Source: an uncultured Hyphomicrobiales bacterium
GTDB taxonomy: Bacteria > Bacteroidota > Ignavibacteria > Kapaibacteriales > UBA2268
Assembly: GCA_964637845.1 (NCBI GenBank)
Contig: CAZWXI010000003.1
Span: 27,859-91,858 of the forward strand
DNA: 64,000 bases
Reading direction: 5' to 3'
Below are positions 28,679 through 37,734 of this stretch, piece after piece. Positions within the stretch are counted from its first letter, which is position 1; each line of letters starts with the position of its first letter. The position numbers were made by a program, and so were the translations under genes. The notes beneath the pieces are model-generated. The model worked only from the letters and a program-made list of their open reading frames with translations. It was not told where the DNA came from and did not search any database.

Positions 28679-29668
28679 TTAATCGTTCATATTCCATTTT
28701 AAATATATAGAACCCCAAGTGAATCCTGCACCAAAACTTGATAAAATAAGATTGTCGCCCTTTTTCACTTTACCGTTTTGATACCATTCAGAGACGCAAA
28801 TCGGTATAGTTGCAGCGGTTGTATTTCCGAATTTTTCAATGTTTATCATGACTTTTGATGGGTCAATTTCCATACGATTTGCCGTGGCGGCTATAATACG
28901 CATATTTGCTTGATGAGGTACGAGCCAAGCAATGTCATCGCTTGTTAAATTGTTCTTTTTCATAATTTCAACTGATACATCAGCCATACCAACGACTGCA
29001 TGTTTGAAAACCGCTTGCCCGTCTTGATAAATATAATGTTCTTGGTTTTCAACTGTTTCAACCGATGCCGGTTTGATACTACCGCCGGCTTTTTGATGAA
29101 GGTATTGCCCGCCGTTACCGTCTATATACAAAATTTGGTCAATTAATCCGTAGTTATCATCATTTGATTTTTCTACAATACATACTCCTGCTCCGTCACC
29201 GAATAAGACTGCTTGGGCTCGGTCGTTGAAATTAACAATAGAACTCATCTTATCTGCACCGCATAAAAGCACTTTTTTTGCCATTCCTGATTCCACTAAG
29301 CTTTTCGCAGTAGCAATTGCGAATACAAATCCGGAACATGCGGCTGAAATATCAAATCCCCAGCAGTTTTTGATACCAAGTTTGTGTTGGACTAAAGCCG
29401 CAGTAGATGGGAATAAATGGTCGGGTGTAACGGTAGCCACCAAAATACAATCAATTTCTTCCTTGTCAATATCGCGTTTTTCAATGCATTCAACTGCGGC
29501 AGGTATAATTAAGTCTGATGTTCCTCCCGACTTTGCAAAACGACGTTCGGCAATCCCTGTCCGAGCCATAATCCATTCATGCGATGTTTCAAGATAATTA
29601 GCAAAATAGTCGTTGGTATAAATATCTGGGGGTAAATAATGTGCTATAGATGTAATTGTTGCTCTCAT
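28679..29668 (-). CDS. fabH: beta-ketoacyl-ACP synthase III
   Basis: Active-site Cys region DISAACSGFVFAI, VPHQANMRI, and GNTTAATIP with a C-terminal GAGFTWGS. Confidence 0.93.
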   Translation of the reverse strand: MRATITSIAHYLPPDIYTNDYFANYLETSHEWIMARTGIAERRFAKSGGTSDLIIPAAVECIEKRDIDKEEIDCILVATVTPDHLFPSTAALVQHKLGIKNCWGFDISAACSGFVFAIATAKSLVESGMAKKVLLCGADKMSSIVNFNDRAQAVLFGDGAGVCIVEKSNDDNYGLIDQILYIDGNGGQYLHQKAGGSIKPASVETVENQEHYIYQDGQAVFKHAVVGMADVSVEIMKKNNLTSDDIAWLVPHQANMRIIAATANRMEIDPSKVMINIEKFGNTTAATIPICVSEWYQNGKVKKGDNLILSSFGAGFTWGSIYLKWNMND

Positions 29669-29677
29669 TCCATTTCT

Positions 29678-30700
29678 TTAGTTTGTTAATATTTGTTTTA
29701 AAGTATGTTCAATTCTTTTGTTGACATCTTTCTGAATCATTTCTTTGGCTCTTACAAGCATATTTTTAATAGCTTCAGGAGAAGATTTTCCATGTCCTAT
29801 TATTACAACACCATTAACTCCCAAAAGTGGTACTCCGCCGTATTTCTGGTAGTCAAATTGCCGGAGTATGTCTCGCAGGGTTGGTAAAATCATTCCTACT
29901 TTGATTTTATTCATCAAACTTTTTTCTGAATATGATTTAATCTTAGATTTTAAAATTCCGATGAAACTTTCGGCAAATTTCAAAACAATATTTCCTATAA
30001 AGCCATCGCAGACTACAACGTCGGCTTTTGCGGCAAAAATGTCTCGGCCCTCGACATTGCCAATGAAATTAAGTGGACCGTTTTGCAATAATTTATGGGC
30101 TTCTCGGACATCGATTGTTCCTTTTGTCACTTCTTCACCAACATTCAAAAGTCCGATTTTGGGTTCGTTAATTCCCAGTATCATTGACGAATAAATACTT
30201 CCCATTATGGCAAATTCAAAAATGTATGACGGTTTGGCATCCACATTTGCTCCAACATCCAACAACAAGACGGGTTGTTCAGTAATTGACGGGAAAAATG
30301 AGCCGATTGTTGGTCTGCTTACTCCTTCTATTCTTCCAAGTACCAAAGTTGATGTGGACATTACCGCTCCGGTATTTCCGGAAGAAACGAAAGCATGTGC
30401 GGACCCATCTTTTACAAGCTCAACTCCGCGATATAGAGATGAATGGCGTTTCTTTTTAACTATTTCAGTCGGTTCGTCATGCATTGATACAACATCGGGA
30501 CAATCTATGATTTCTATAGATGAAGTAACATCACGGAATGCCGCGGCAGATTCAATGGTTGATTTTTTACCCGTCAAAATGATTTTAGTGCCTCGATTCA
30601 TTGGGTCTGCGAGAAATTCATTTACACCTGATAATTCATTTTCAGGTGCAAAGTCACCCCCCATAGCATCAAGTACTATTCTAATCTCTTTGACGAACAT
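29678..30700 (-). CDS. plsX: phosphate acyltransferase PlsX
   Basis: VLDAMGGDFAP N-terminal motif, VSSGNTGA, and a conserved position between rpmF and fabH. Confidence 0.93.
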   Translation of the reverse strand: MFVKEIRIVLDAMGGDFAPENELSGVNEFLADPMNRGTKIILTGKKSTIESAAAFRDVTSSIEIIDCPDVVSMHDEPTEIVKKKRHSSLYRGVELVKDGSAHAFVSSGNTGAVMSTSTLVLGRIEGVSRPTIGSFFPSITEQPVLLLDVGANVDAKPSYIFEFAIMGSIYSSMILGINEPKIGLLNVGEEVTKGTIDVREAHKLLQNGPLNFIGNVEGRDIFAAKADVVVCDGFIGNIVLKFAESFIGILKSKIKSYSEKSLMNKIKVGMILPTLRDILRQFDYQKYGGVPLLGVNGVVIIGHGKSSPEAIKNMLVRAKEMIQKDVNKRIEHTLKQILTN

Positions 30701-30719
30701 ATGCTATATTTCAAGTTGA

Positions 30720-30896
30720 TTATAACGCTGTCAAGGCTTTTCTGCCATTGTAATAACCACATTCGGGACAAGCCGCATGTGACAGTTTGACTGAGCCACA
30801 TTGAGGACATGAGGTAGTCTGCATCGAACTTGCTTTATAATGTGTTCTTCTTTTGTCTCTTCTTGATTTCGAGTGTTTTCTTTTTGGATTTGGCAT
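30720..30896 (-). CDS. rpmF: 50S ribosomal protein L32
   Basis: Missed by the ORF track (58 aa). Hand translation gives MPNPKRKHSKSRRDKRRTHYKASSMQTTSCPQCGSVKLSHAACPECGYYNGRKALTAL, with the L32 N-terminus and a CxxC...CxxC zinc ribbon. It lies between yceD and plsX as in most bacteria. Confidence 0.85.
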   Translation of the reverse strand: MPNPKRKHSKSRRDKRRTHYKASSMQTTSCPQCGSVKLSHAACPECGYYNGRKALTAL

Positions 30897-30914
30897 TTTA
30901 TTACTCCCAAAAAA

Positions 30915-31430
30915 TTAGTTTATCTTTAAATTTTTTAATTTCGACCATCTTTCATCTAAGTCTTTATGCTTTTCGCTGCTGATTTTGTCCGCAACATCAG
31001 GATAAATTTCATCTAATTGTTTATCTCTGAACTGCGGGGCGATCCTTTTCATAGGTAATTCGAGAGCAAGACTTTCCATAACATATGTAGTTATGTCTAT
31101 ATATTTTATATCCTCGCGAATGATAACCTCATGATACTTTGGTTCTTTACCATTCATAGACAAAAACGCCTTAGTATCGGCTATAAAAGACATATCAATG
31201 TGCGATTTGATTTGCTCTTCGTATTCTTGTAAAGAACGGTCGCAAATCATTTTTGCAGTAGCTTTAATGTCGGCTTTCAAATTGTATCTATTGCCAAGTT
31301 TATTCATTATGGCATCCAAAACCACGTCGCCAATGAATTCCTCAAAATCGGAATTGAGCAATGATACAGGTTCAACTATGTTGAACTCGTACTCTCCGTC
31401 TGCCATTCCCGATATGTCTAATTTTAACAT
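30915..31430 (-). CDS. yceD: YceD/DUF177 family protein (23S rRNA accumulation protein)
   Basis: Conserved position immediately upstream of rpmF, with an acidic ~170-aa protein containing a CDRSL motif. The track start at 31490 is a TTG lying inside the upstream terminator, so the ATG at 31430 (MLKLDISG...) is preferred. Confidence 0.75.
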   Translation of the reverse strand: MLKLDISGMADGEYEFNIVEPVSLLNSDFEEFIGDVVLDAIMNKLGNRYNLKADIKATAKMICDRSLQEYEEQIKSHIDMSFIADTKAFLSMNGKEPKYHEVIIREDIKYIDITTYVMESLALELPMKRIAPQFRDKQLDEIYPDVADKISSEKHKDLDERWSKLKNLKIN

Positions 31431-31489
31431 TTTTTTAATTTTGTTCCAAAATAATCTTACAAAGATACGTACTATTCCGTGTTTTTCCA

Positions 31490-31520
31490 AAACGAAAAAG
31501 AGACTGTTAGGAACAGCCTC
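31490..31520 (-). terminator. putative rho-independent terminator after the 572-aa TPR gene
   Basis: Hairpin gagactgtt-agg-aacagcctc (8 of 9 bp paired), followed on the minus strand by tttttcgtttt. Confidence 0.55.
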
Positions 31521-31543
31521 TTTTCAAAAAATTAACAATTTAA

Positions 31544-33262
31544 TTAATTATCGCATGAACCCGCATCTTGCAATATTTTCAGGTTTTTCGATGCCGTTTG
31601 ATTTTTAGGGTCAATTTTTAAGACACGACGATAATTATTACAGGCAGACTTTCCATTTCCTAAATTGTGATATGCGATAGCAAGATACAAGTACGGGAAC
31701 GGCTCGTTTTCAGTAACAGTAGCCCACCTTTCAGCCACTTTTATTACGTCATTGAATTTTTTCTGTTCCATGTACATTCCGGAAAGTTTGTTGAATGCTT
31801 GTACAAGAACAAAACCGTTTTTTTCCGAATCTCGGCTCCCAAGTTCAATAACAGCATCAAACTCATTAACAGCATTCGTAAAATCTTGTGTAGAAGATAA
31901 TGCATCTGCTAGACTCAATCTTGCGAATAAGAATGTAGAATCCATTGAAATTGATTTTTTCAATGGCTCAATTGCCTCTGAGGGTCTGTTGGAGAGTAAA
32001 TAACTTTGCCCTATCAGATAATGAACAATGTTCTCTCTGCCGTCGTTGCAAACATCAAGCGAGGCACGAAGTTTGAGTATATCAATTGCTTTTTGATATT
32101 GTTGGACGCGTTGATAAATAAATCCCATTTGGTCCATTATTTTGCAATTTGATTCGGGTGAGAGTTTGACCGATTTTTCCCAGACATTTAAGGCACCAAG
32201 AGTATCTTGTGTCAAGAATTTTGCCTGTCCCCACCTTTGATAATCAACTATTTCAAGAGTTGTATCCTTGTCTAATATTGCGAAAGTTTTGATTGCTTTG
32301 TCGTATTCGCTAAGGTCGAAATAACAGCGTGCCAACAGTATTTGTGCCTTTATTTTCACGGAATCTATTTCATTTACAACAATTTCAAGGTGGTGCAAAG
32401 CAGAGTCATATCTTGCTATCTTTTCAAATGATTGAGCCAACATCCAACGTGCTTCCGAAGCTGATGGTCGAAGTTGAATGTAACGACTCAAGGAAGGCGC
32501 GGCTTTATCAAATTGTGAAGCCCAGAAAAATATTCTGCCCTGCTCGTAAAATGCTCTTGCGTTATTAGGGTCTTGACGTGTAACTTTGTTCCATTCTTCA
32601 AGGGAGCGAGTGAAAAGGACTGATGCCAATTCGTTATCTGCTTCACGATTTGCTAACCAAAAGTATGATGTTGCCAATTTCTCACGTGCATCAAGGTTGT
32701 TTTGATCTATATTTAAAGCTTCTTCATAATTGACGCGAGCTAATTCAAAGATTCTTTGCCTATAATAAAGGTCGCCTAATGCAATGTACGGTAAAGGACT
32801 TTTTCTATCCATTTCTCGGGCACGAGTAATAACAAGTTCTGCTTGTGACAATGAATCGGCTCGCAAATAAATATTTGCCAACTCCAAAGTCAAAGCTAAA
32901 TTCTTCTCATCCCTTTTAATGGCATCATTTATCGTTTCTAAGGCTTTTCTAACATCACCTGATAGAGATAGAGCTTTAGCATACTTCAATCTTGCATCGG
33001 AACTACGACGGTTTTCGCGGATTGCTCTATCATACATGTTTGCCGCTTCGTTGAATCGCTCGTATTCCATGTAAACATCACCGGCAAGCATCAATACTTC
33101 AAAATCATCGGGATGTTGTGCCAAAACTTGCGGCAATTCACTTAATGCAGCTTCGTAATTCTTAGTGCTGACATTAAGTCTCAACGTTTCTTTTGAAACT
33201 TGTGCTTTGCTTATAACGGCAATGAATAAGAGCATCAGGGTTATGTTTATTATTAATCTCAT
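31544..33262 (-). CDS. TPR-repeat protein with signal peptide
   Basis: Signal peptide MRLIINITLMLLFIAVISKAQ, followed by many 34-aa TPR-like units (YMEYERFNEAANMYDRAIRENRRS, LGDLYYRQRIFELARVNYEEALNIDQNN, and so on). Confidence 0.75.
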   Translation of the reverse strand: MRLIINITLMLLFIAVISKAQVSKETLRLNVSTKNYEAALSELPQVLAQHPDDFEVLMLAGDVYMEYERFNEAANMYDRAIRENRRSSDARLKYAKALSLSGDVRKALETINDAIKRDEKNLALTLELANIYLRADSLSQAELVITRAREMDRKSPLPYIALGDLYYRQRIFELARVNYEEALNIDQNNLDAREKLATSYFWLANREADNELASVLFTRSLEEWNKVTRQDPNNARAFYEQGRIFFWASQFDKAAPSLSRYIQLRPSASEARWMLAQSFEKIARYDSALHHLEIVVNEIDSVKIKAQILLARCYFDLSEYDKAIKTFAILDKDTTLEIVDYQRWGQAKFLTQDTLGALNVWEKSVKLSPESNCKIMDQMGFIYQRVQQYQKAIDILKLRASLDVCNDGRENIVHYLIGQSYLLSNRPSEAIEPLKKSISMDSTFLFARLSLADALSSTQDFTNAVNEFDAVIELGSRDSEKNGFVLVQAFNKLSGMYMEQKKFNDVIKVAERWATVTENEPFPYLYLAIAYHNLGNGKSACNNYRRVLKIDPKNQTASKNLKILQDAGSCDN

Positions 33263-33287
33263 TTGAAAAAGTCCTATATGTTTATTT

Positions 33288-34202
33288 TTAATCTTGCTTT
33301 ATCAATTTGATTTTGGCAAATCCCGGTACGATACCGAATTCATTGAAATAATTCTGGACTATTGACTCTTTAGATAAAAATGATGCAAACCAAAAAGCAC
33401 GGCTCATAGTTCCCTCAGATATCAGTACTCTATACTTGACGATATAAGGGTAGCGCCGTTGCACTATAAATGCTTGATGTACTACTTGAGGTGGTTCGCG
33501 TTTGCCATTTTCAGATAAAAACGATATTCTCAAAGGCTTCCAGTCTATTTGTCTGATAATTTGCGATAAGTATCCAATACCTATTGCATTAGGATTATCT
33601 TTGACATAATTTTTTACAGAATCATATCCGGTCAAAAACTTTACGGGTTTGGAAAGCTGTCTGTCGCCAAGCACTAGTTGCAAGAAATTTGCGTATTCAG
33701 ACGACCTTCGGGTATTGCTAACTAACTCGGGCTCGAATGTAAGTTGTGGATAGAAATCACGGAATCTTTTATTTGTGCTTAATATCTCAATTATTTGCTC
33801 ATGATTTAAAGTGTCAAGCGGAAAATTTCTATCAACATAGAATACAAGTGCGTCTTCGGCAGCTATCATTTCGGTGCGTTCAACATCGAATTCTATCATT
33901 AATGAATCTTCATCAGGGAGGTAATTTCGGGCTACTATTACGGCATTTGCTTGACCGGAAAGTATCATATTCATACACTCGCGGGAATCTGCCTTAACTA
34001 GTGTAAATTTGATATTTGGATAACTGTTTTGATACATTTTGAATGTAGTATCAAGAACTTCAAATATTGACTTATCACAATATACAGTCAATTCACCTGC
34101 ATTTATTGAATCGGTATGGGATTTTTCGTACTTGCTGTCGCAGGAATTTAAAGTGATTAGAGCAATTATTATTGCTAAATTTAAATTTTTGATTTTATTC
34201 AT
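33288..34202 (-). CDS. PstS-like (PBP type 2) substrate-binding lipoprotein
   Basis: Lipobox LITLNSC. The size and alternating pattern fit a periplasmic binding fold. The position after tonB matches the exbB-exbD-exbD-tonB-PstS-like-TPR arrangement I recall from Bacteroidota. The domain call is from memory only. Confidence 0.55.
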   Translation of the reverse strand: MNKIKNLNLAIIIALITLNSCDSKYEKSHTDSINAGELTVYCDKSIFEVLDTTFKMYQNSYPNIKFTLVKADSRECMNMILSGQANAVIVARNYLPDEDSLMIEFDVERTEMIAAEDALVFYVDRNFPLDTLNHEQIIEILSTNKRFRDFYPQLTFEPELVSNTRRSSEYANFLQLVLGDRQLSKPVKFLTGYDSVKNYVKDNPNAIGIGYLSQIIRQIDWKPLRISFLSENGKREPPQVVHQAFIVQRRYPYIVKYRVLISEGTMSRAFWFASFLSKESIVQNYFNEFGIVPGFAKIKLIKQD

Positions 34203-34401
34203 CTGAATCCTCCTCGAATTGATATCTTTTAATTTGACTGTGATATATAATCAATCTGTATAAGCCGAAGAAGATAAAAATAACACCAAATACAATGCGT
34301 AAGTGAGAATCAAATTCAGATAAAACAATACCGCTCAGGATCAGTATTCCAATTATTACTATCAGCGACCTGACAGAGTAATTTAAAATTTTCAGAAACA
34401 A
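34195..34401 (-). CDS. hypothetical small membrane protein (2 TM helices)
   Basis: 68-aa ORF with two clear hydrophobic helices. It overlaps the downstream start by 8 nt. The only possible start is a TTG and I recognise no homology. Confidence 0.3.
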   Translation of the reverse strand: MFLKILNYSVRSLIVIIGILILSGIVLSEFDSHLRIVFGVIFIFFGLYRLIIYHSQIKRYQFEEDSDE

Positions 34402-34443
34402 TTTATTACTACTTATTACTGAACATCTGAGCGGTTGTATATA

Positions 34444-35235
34444 TCATCTTAGTCTGAACTGAATTGGAATGCTTACCCAGCACATTATCGGTTGATTATT
34501 TTGAATAGCTGGGGTAAACAAACCATAATTGCTGATAGCTTCCATGGCGGCTTCATTGAGCATTTCATGTTCACTATATTCAATCATTTGTCTGCGAACT
34601 TTACCTTTGTCGTCAACGAGTACTCTTACAATCACTTTCCCCTCTATTCCGGCTCTGCGAGCCAAATCGGGATATTTAATACTACGTTGTAATTTGACTA
34701 AGTCAACGCCAGGTTCCTTTTCTACCGGTATAAACTGGTCGTGAGCAGGTTCTTCAATACGTTGCTCAATGACGACCCTATTACGAGGGTTAAATTCAAT
34801 ATCTGGTGCGAATCCACCAAGGTCAACTCCATCACCTCCGGTAGCAGATGCACGATTCATAACATCTATTGTAGCAAAATCCTTCATTTCTGCTGTGATT
34901 TGAGCATCCGGTACAGGAATGGGATTGCCGGCACGAGCCGCAGGTCCTGTGTTGATGATTTGTTGTACGGGTGGAGGAGCTTCCATTGCCTCATTTGATT
35001 GCGGCGGAAGGTCATCCAATCTCACTTTTGCTAATGGGGCAAGTTTAGGTGCCGCTTTTGAAGCACCTGATGATTGAACGAAGAATACATACAATAACAG
35101 TAATAAAATTGTAAGTCCTAGAGTAATAAGGAACCCACGAATTGTATTCTTATTGATGAAATCTTTGAGTTCAATTGCACCGTAACCTGATGGTTTCGGC
35201 ATTTCGATGGGTAATCTTGCAGTTACTTCCGACAT
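34444..35235 (-). CDS. tonB: energy transducer TonB
   Basis: N-terminal TM anchor, Pro-rich linker (DLPPQSNEAMEAPPPVQ) and a TonB C-terminal domain (YPDLARRAGIEGKVIVRVLVDDKGKV...WVSIPIQFRL). Confidence 0.8.
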   Translation of the reverse strand: MSEVTARLPIEMPKPSGYGAIELKDFINKNTIRGFLITLGLTILLLLLYVFFVQSSGASKAAPKLAPLAKVRLDDLPPQSNEAMEAPPPVQQIINTGPAARAGNPIPVPDAQITAEMKDFATIDVMNRASATGGDGVDLGGFAPDIEFNPRNRVVIEQRIEEPAHDQFIPVEKEPGVDLVKLQRSIKYPDLARRAGIEGKVIVRVLVDDKGKVRRQMIEYSEHEMLNEAAMEAISNYGLFTPAIQNNQPIMCWVSIPIQFRLR

Positions 35236-35236
35236 T

Positions 35237-35806
35237 TTACAACTCCTTGATTTTTTCTATTTCTTCTTCACTAATTTGCGCTATTGTAAATCTGCGTTCG
35301 CGTTTCTTGGGGTTTCCGTCTTCGTCAAGTTCTTTTGAAATCTCGGCAGTTATAAAGAGTTCTGCCATATTTAGTTCGTCAAGTATGCTCACGATGATTC
35401 CGTAATCTGCATCATTCGAAGGTTTTACTGCTGTAATAAGTCTGTTTCGTTTGCCTTCCCTAAGATTTTCAATTTCTGCTAATGCTTTTATCTTATTCAG
35501 TTCAATTTCTTGCGGGTCTTCATTGCCTATGGCATAAAATACTTTGTTGTCTTCCCTGACGAATAGTTGAAGAAGTTCTGATTCCTTTACTTCAACTTGG
35601 TCAATTACTTCGGGTGGTATGGACATTTCCATAACCTGTGGAGCTGCCATGGTCGTAGTAAACATGAAAAACGTTAACAATAAGAATGTAATATCAACAA
35701 GCGGAGTCATATCTAAATGATAACTGACTCGTTTCATTTTTTTTCGTTTAGAAGCTTTGCCTCTTTTTGATCTTTCAACTTTTAATTCACCGCCACCGCC
35801 GGCCAT
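35237..35806 (-). CDS. exbD: biopolymer transporter ExbD/TolR
   Basis: Basic N-terminus followed by LDMTPLVDITFLLLTFFMFT, the ExbD TM motif with the conserved Asp. Confidence 0.85.
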   Translation of the reverse strand: MAGGGGELKVERSKRGKASKRKKMKRVSYHLDMTPLVDITFLLLTFFMFTTTMAAPQVMEMSIPPEVIDQVEVKESELLQLFVREDNKVFYAIGNEDPQEIELNKIKALAEIENLREGKRNRLITAVKPSNDADYGIIVSILDELNMAELFITAEISKELDEDGNPKKRERRFTIAQISEEEIEKIKEL

Positions 35807-35871
35807 TTTTTTATCCTTTTATTAGTTTCTATATATAAAACGTTATTAATAGAAAAAAAGTTACAAATTAA

Positions 35872-36384
35872 TTAGGCACCTTTTTTCTCGGTTACGTAGT
35901 TGAATACGGTTGCGCGATTTCTACGTAAAACATCCATAGCATCCCATACCCATTGGAAACGAAGACGCTTGTCGGCATCTATAGCAAATACAGTCTCGGG
36001 GCGTATCACCCTCGTATTACGAACTAATTCATCTAATGACTCGAGTGACACGCTTAGTTGAGCTTGCTCTTTTAGTTCATTTGGAACTGATTGTGACAAA
36101 GCCCATACCTGATTACGGTCAGCTTCATTGAGCAATTCGTAGTAGTAAGTGGTATCGGCAGTCAACGAGTCAACGGCTATTTTGATTATTGCTAAGTCTT
36201 TATCGGGTACTTTTGATGTGTCAGCTGTAACTTTGGGTCGCTCGATTACAAATTTTTGTTCGGCTTCAGCTTCGGTTTTAAACTTGGCTGTAAACATAAA
36301 AAACGTGAGTAACAAAAATGTTATATCAACAAGCGGTGTCATGTCAATTACGAACCCCATTCTTTTTTTCTTTACTTTAGGCAC
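35872..36384 (-). CDS. exbD: biopolymer transporter ExbD/TolR (second paralogue)
   Basis: IDMTPLVDITFLLLTFFMFT motif. The GTG start at 36384 is preceded by AAGGAG with a 6-nt spacer. Confidence 0.85.
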   Translation of the reverse strand: MPKVKKKRMGFVIDMTPLVDITFLLLTFFMFTAKFKTEAEAEQKFVIERPKVTADTSKVPDKDLAIIKIAVDSLTADTTYYYELLNEADRNQVWALSQSVPNELKEQAQLSVSLESLDELVRNTRVIRPETVFAIDADKRLRFQWVWDAMDVLRRNRATVFNYVTEKKGA

Positions 36385-36410
36385 TGGTTACTCCTTGGTA
36401 CGTTTATGAA

Positions 36411-37193
36411 TTAATTTTTTAGACGTACTGTGAATATTTGTGTGATGTTCAAAATAGCTTCATCAATCATATAAACGAAATTATCAACTTTTGTTGTAAA
36501 GTAGTTGTAACCAACAATTGCAATGATAGCGCCGACAAGGCCACCGGCTGTATTATAGAGGGCTTCAGAAATACCTATTGAGAGTTGAATAGCCGATACG
36601 GTACCTGTAAGAGCCAAGGCTTGGAATGCTCTAATCATACCGATTGTAGTTCCGAGAAGGCCAACCAATACAGCGATAGAAGCAATTGTAGAAAGGATTA
36701 CAAGGTTCTTTTCAAGTAATGGAGTTTCAAGGTTCATTGATTCGTCAATAGCCCTTTGAACTTCTGCAACTTTTTTTTCGCCCGGAAATTCAGGGTCATT
36801 TTCAATTTCTTTGAACCTAACAATCGCGGCTCGCAAGACATTGGCCATACTGCCGCGCTGTTTATCGCATTCTTCTATGGCACCTTCTAAATCTCCTTGC
36901 GTAAGTTTGTTAATTACAGCTTTAATAAATATGGCAGGGTTCCCCTTTCCTCTTGCTTTTCTTATTGAGAATGAACGCTCAAATACAAAAGTAATCGCAA
37001 TCAATACAAATGACATAAGCAAACCTACGAGTGGTCCGCCTGTGTAAATCATACCGGGTACATTGCCGGGTTTAGGTTCGTGCTTGATATCAGGATCATT
37101 GAAATTATTGGGGTTGCCCATGTAGAAATAGAAGACAACATAAGCCACAGCTAATGATAATGCGATTACAATCACATTGAATAAGTTCTTCAT
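36411..37193 (-). CDS. exbB: MotA/TolQ/ExbB proton-channel family protein
   Basis: Three TM helices with the C-terminal channel signature (LLGTTIGMIRAFQAL...ISEALYNTAGGLVGAI). It lies directly upstream of two exbD genes and tonB. Confidence 0.88.
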   Translation of the reverse strand: MKNLFNVIVIALSLAVAYVVFYFYMGNPNNFNDPDIKHEPKPGNVPGMIYTGGPLVGLLMSFVLIAITFVFERSFSIRKARGKGNPAIFIKAVINKLTQGDLEGAIEECDKQRGSMANVLRAAIVRFKEIENDPEFPGEKKVAEVQRAIDESMNLETPLLEKNLVILSTIASIAVLVGLLGTTIGMIRAFQALALTGTVSAIQLSIGISEALYNTAGGLVGAIIAIVGYNYFTTKVDNFVYMIDEAILNITQIFTVRLKN

Positions 37194-37228
37194 AAAAATC
37201 TCCGTTTAATTTTAATAAAATAATTGTA

Positions 37229-37573
37229 TTACTTGTTTAATAGTTTTCTGGCATCTTCTACCGTTTCAGCAATAGCAAAAACTAATGTCAATTTAGTTAT
37301 GACGAAAATGTTTTCGAGTGATTTACTTACGTTGCAAAGCACTATTTTGCCGGCTCGCTTCACAAAATTTGCATGAGTGGATATAAGTACACCAAGTGCA
37401 GTTGAGTTAAGGTACGTTACGTTGTTTAAGTCTATAATCAAATTCGTTGTGCCTTTCTCGCCCAAGTCAGCAAGTGTAGTTTTCAACTCATCTGTTTCAG
37501 GTCCTCCGATGAACTGACCTCTTAGCGAAAGAACAATACCGCCGATTTCCTCGTCAATTTTTATCTGTGACAT
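37229..37573 (-). CDS. STAS-domain anti-sigma-factor antagonist (SpoIIAA-like)
   Basis: 114 aa, with LIIDLNNVTYLNSTALGVLIS carrying the phosphorylatable Ser context typical of SpoIIAA/RsbV. Confidence 0.8.
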   Translation of the reverse strand: MSQIKIDEEIGGIVLSLRGQFIGGPETDELKTTLADLGEKGTTNLIIDLNNVTYLNSTALGVLISTHANFVKRAGKIVLCNVSKSLENIFVITKLTLVFAIAETVEDARKLLNK

Positions 37574-37734
37574 ATAAACCTCTCATGATTTTTATAAAAT
37601 TTGAAAACAAACAAGTTCAAAACTAATAAATTTTTGCGTAATATCAGTAGCAAAATTATGATTTATATCAAAGTAAGGCAAAATTTTTTTGTTGAAAAGC
37701 TAAAATACATTATGGTTTAACGGAAACTTAACAA

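Noticed and set aside
30207-30719. A 170-aa plus-strand ORF antisense to plsX. Similar long antisense ORFs occur at 29226-29597 and 29868-30194, and elsewhere at 19475-19888, 48139-48516 and 55677-56018.
   Set aside because: Each lies entirely inside a confidently identified gene on the other strand. The translations are low-complexity Ser/Thr/Pro/Ile-rich sequence typical of shadow frames, with no recognisable motif.
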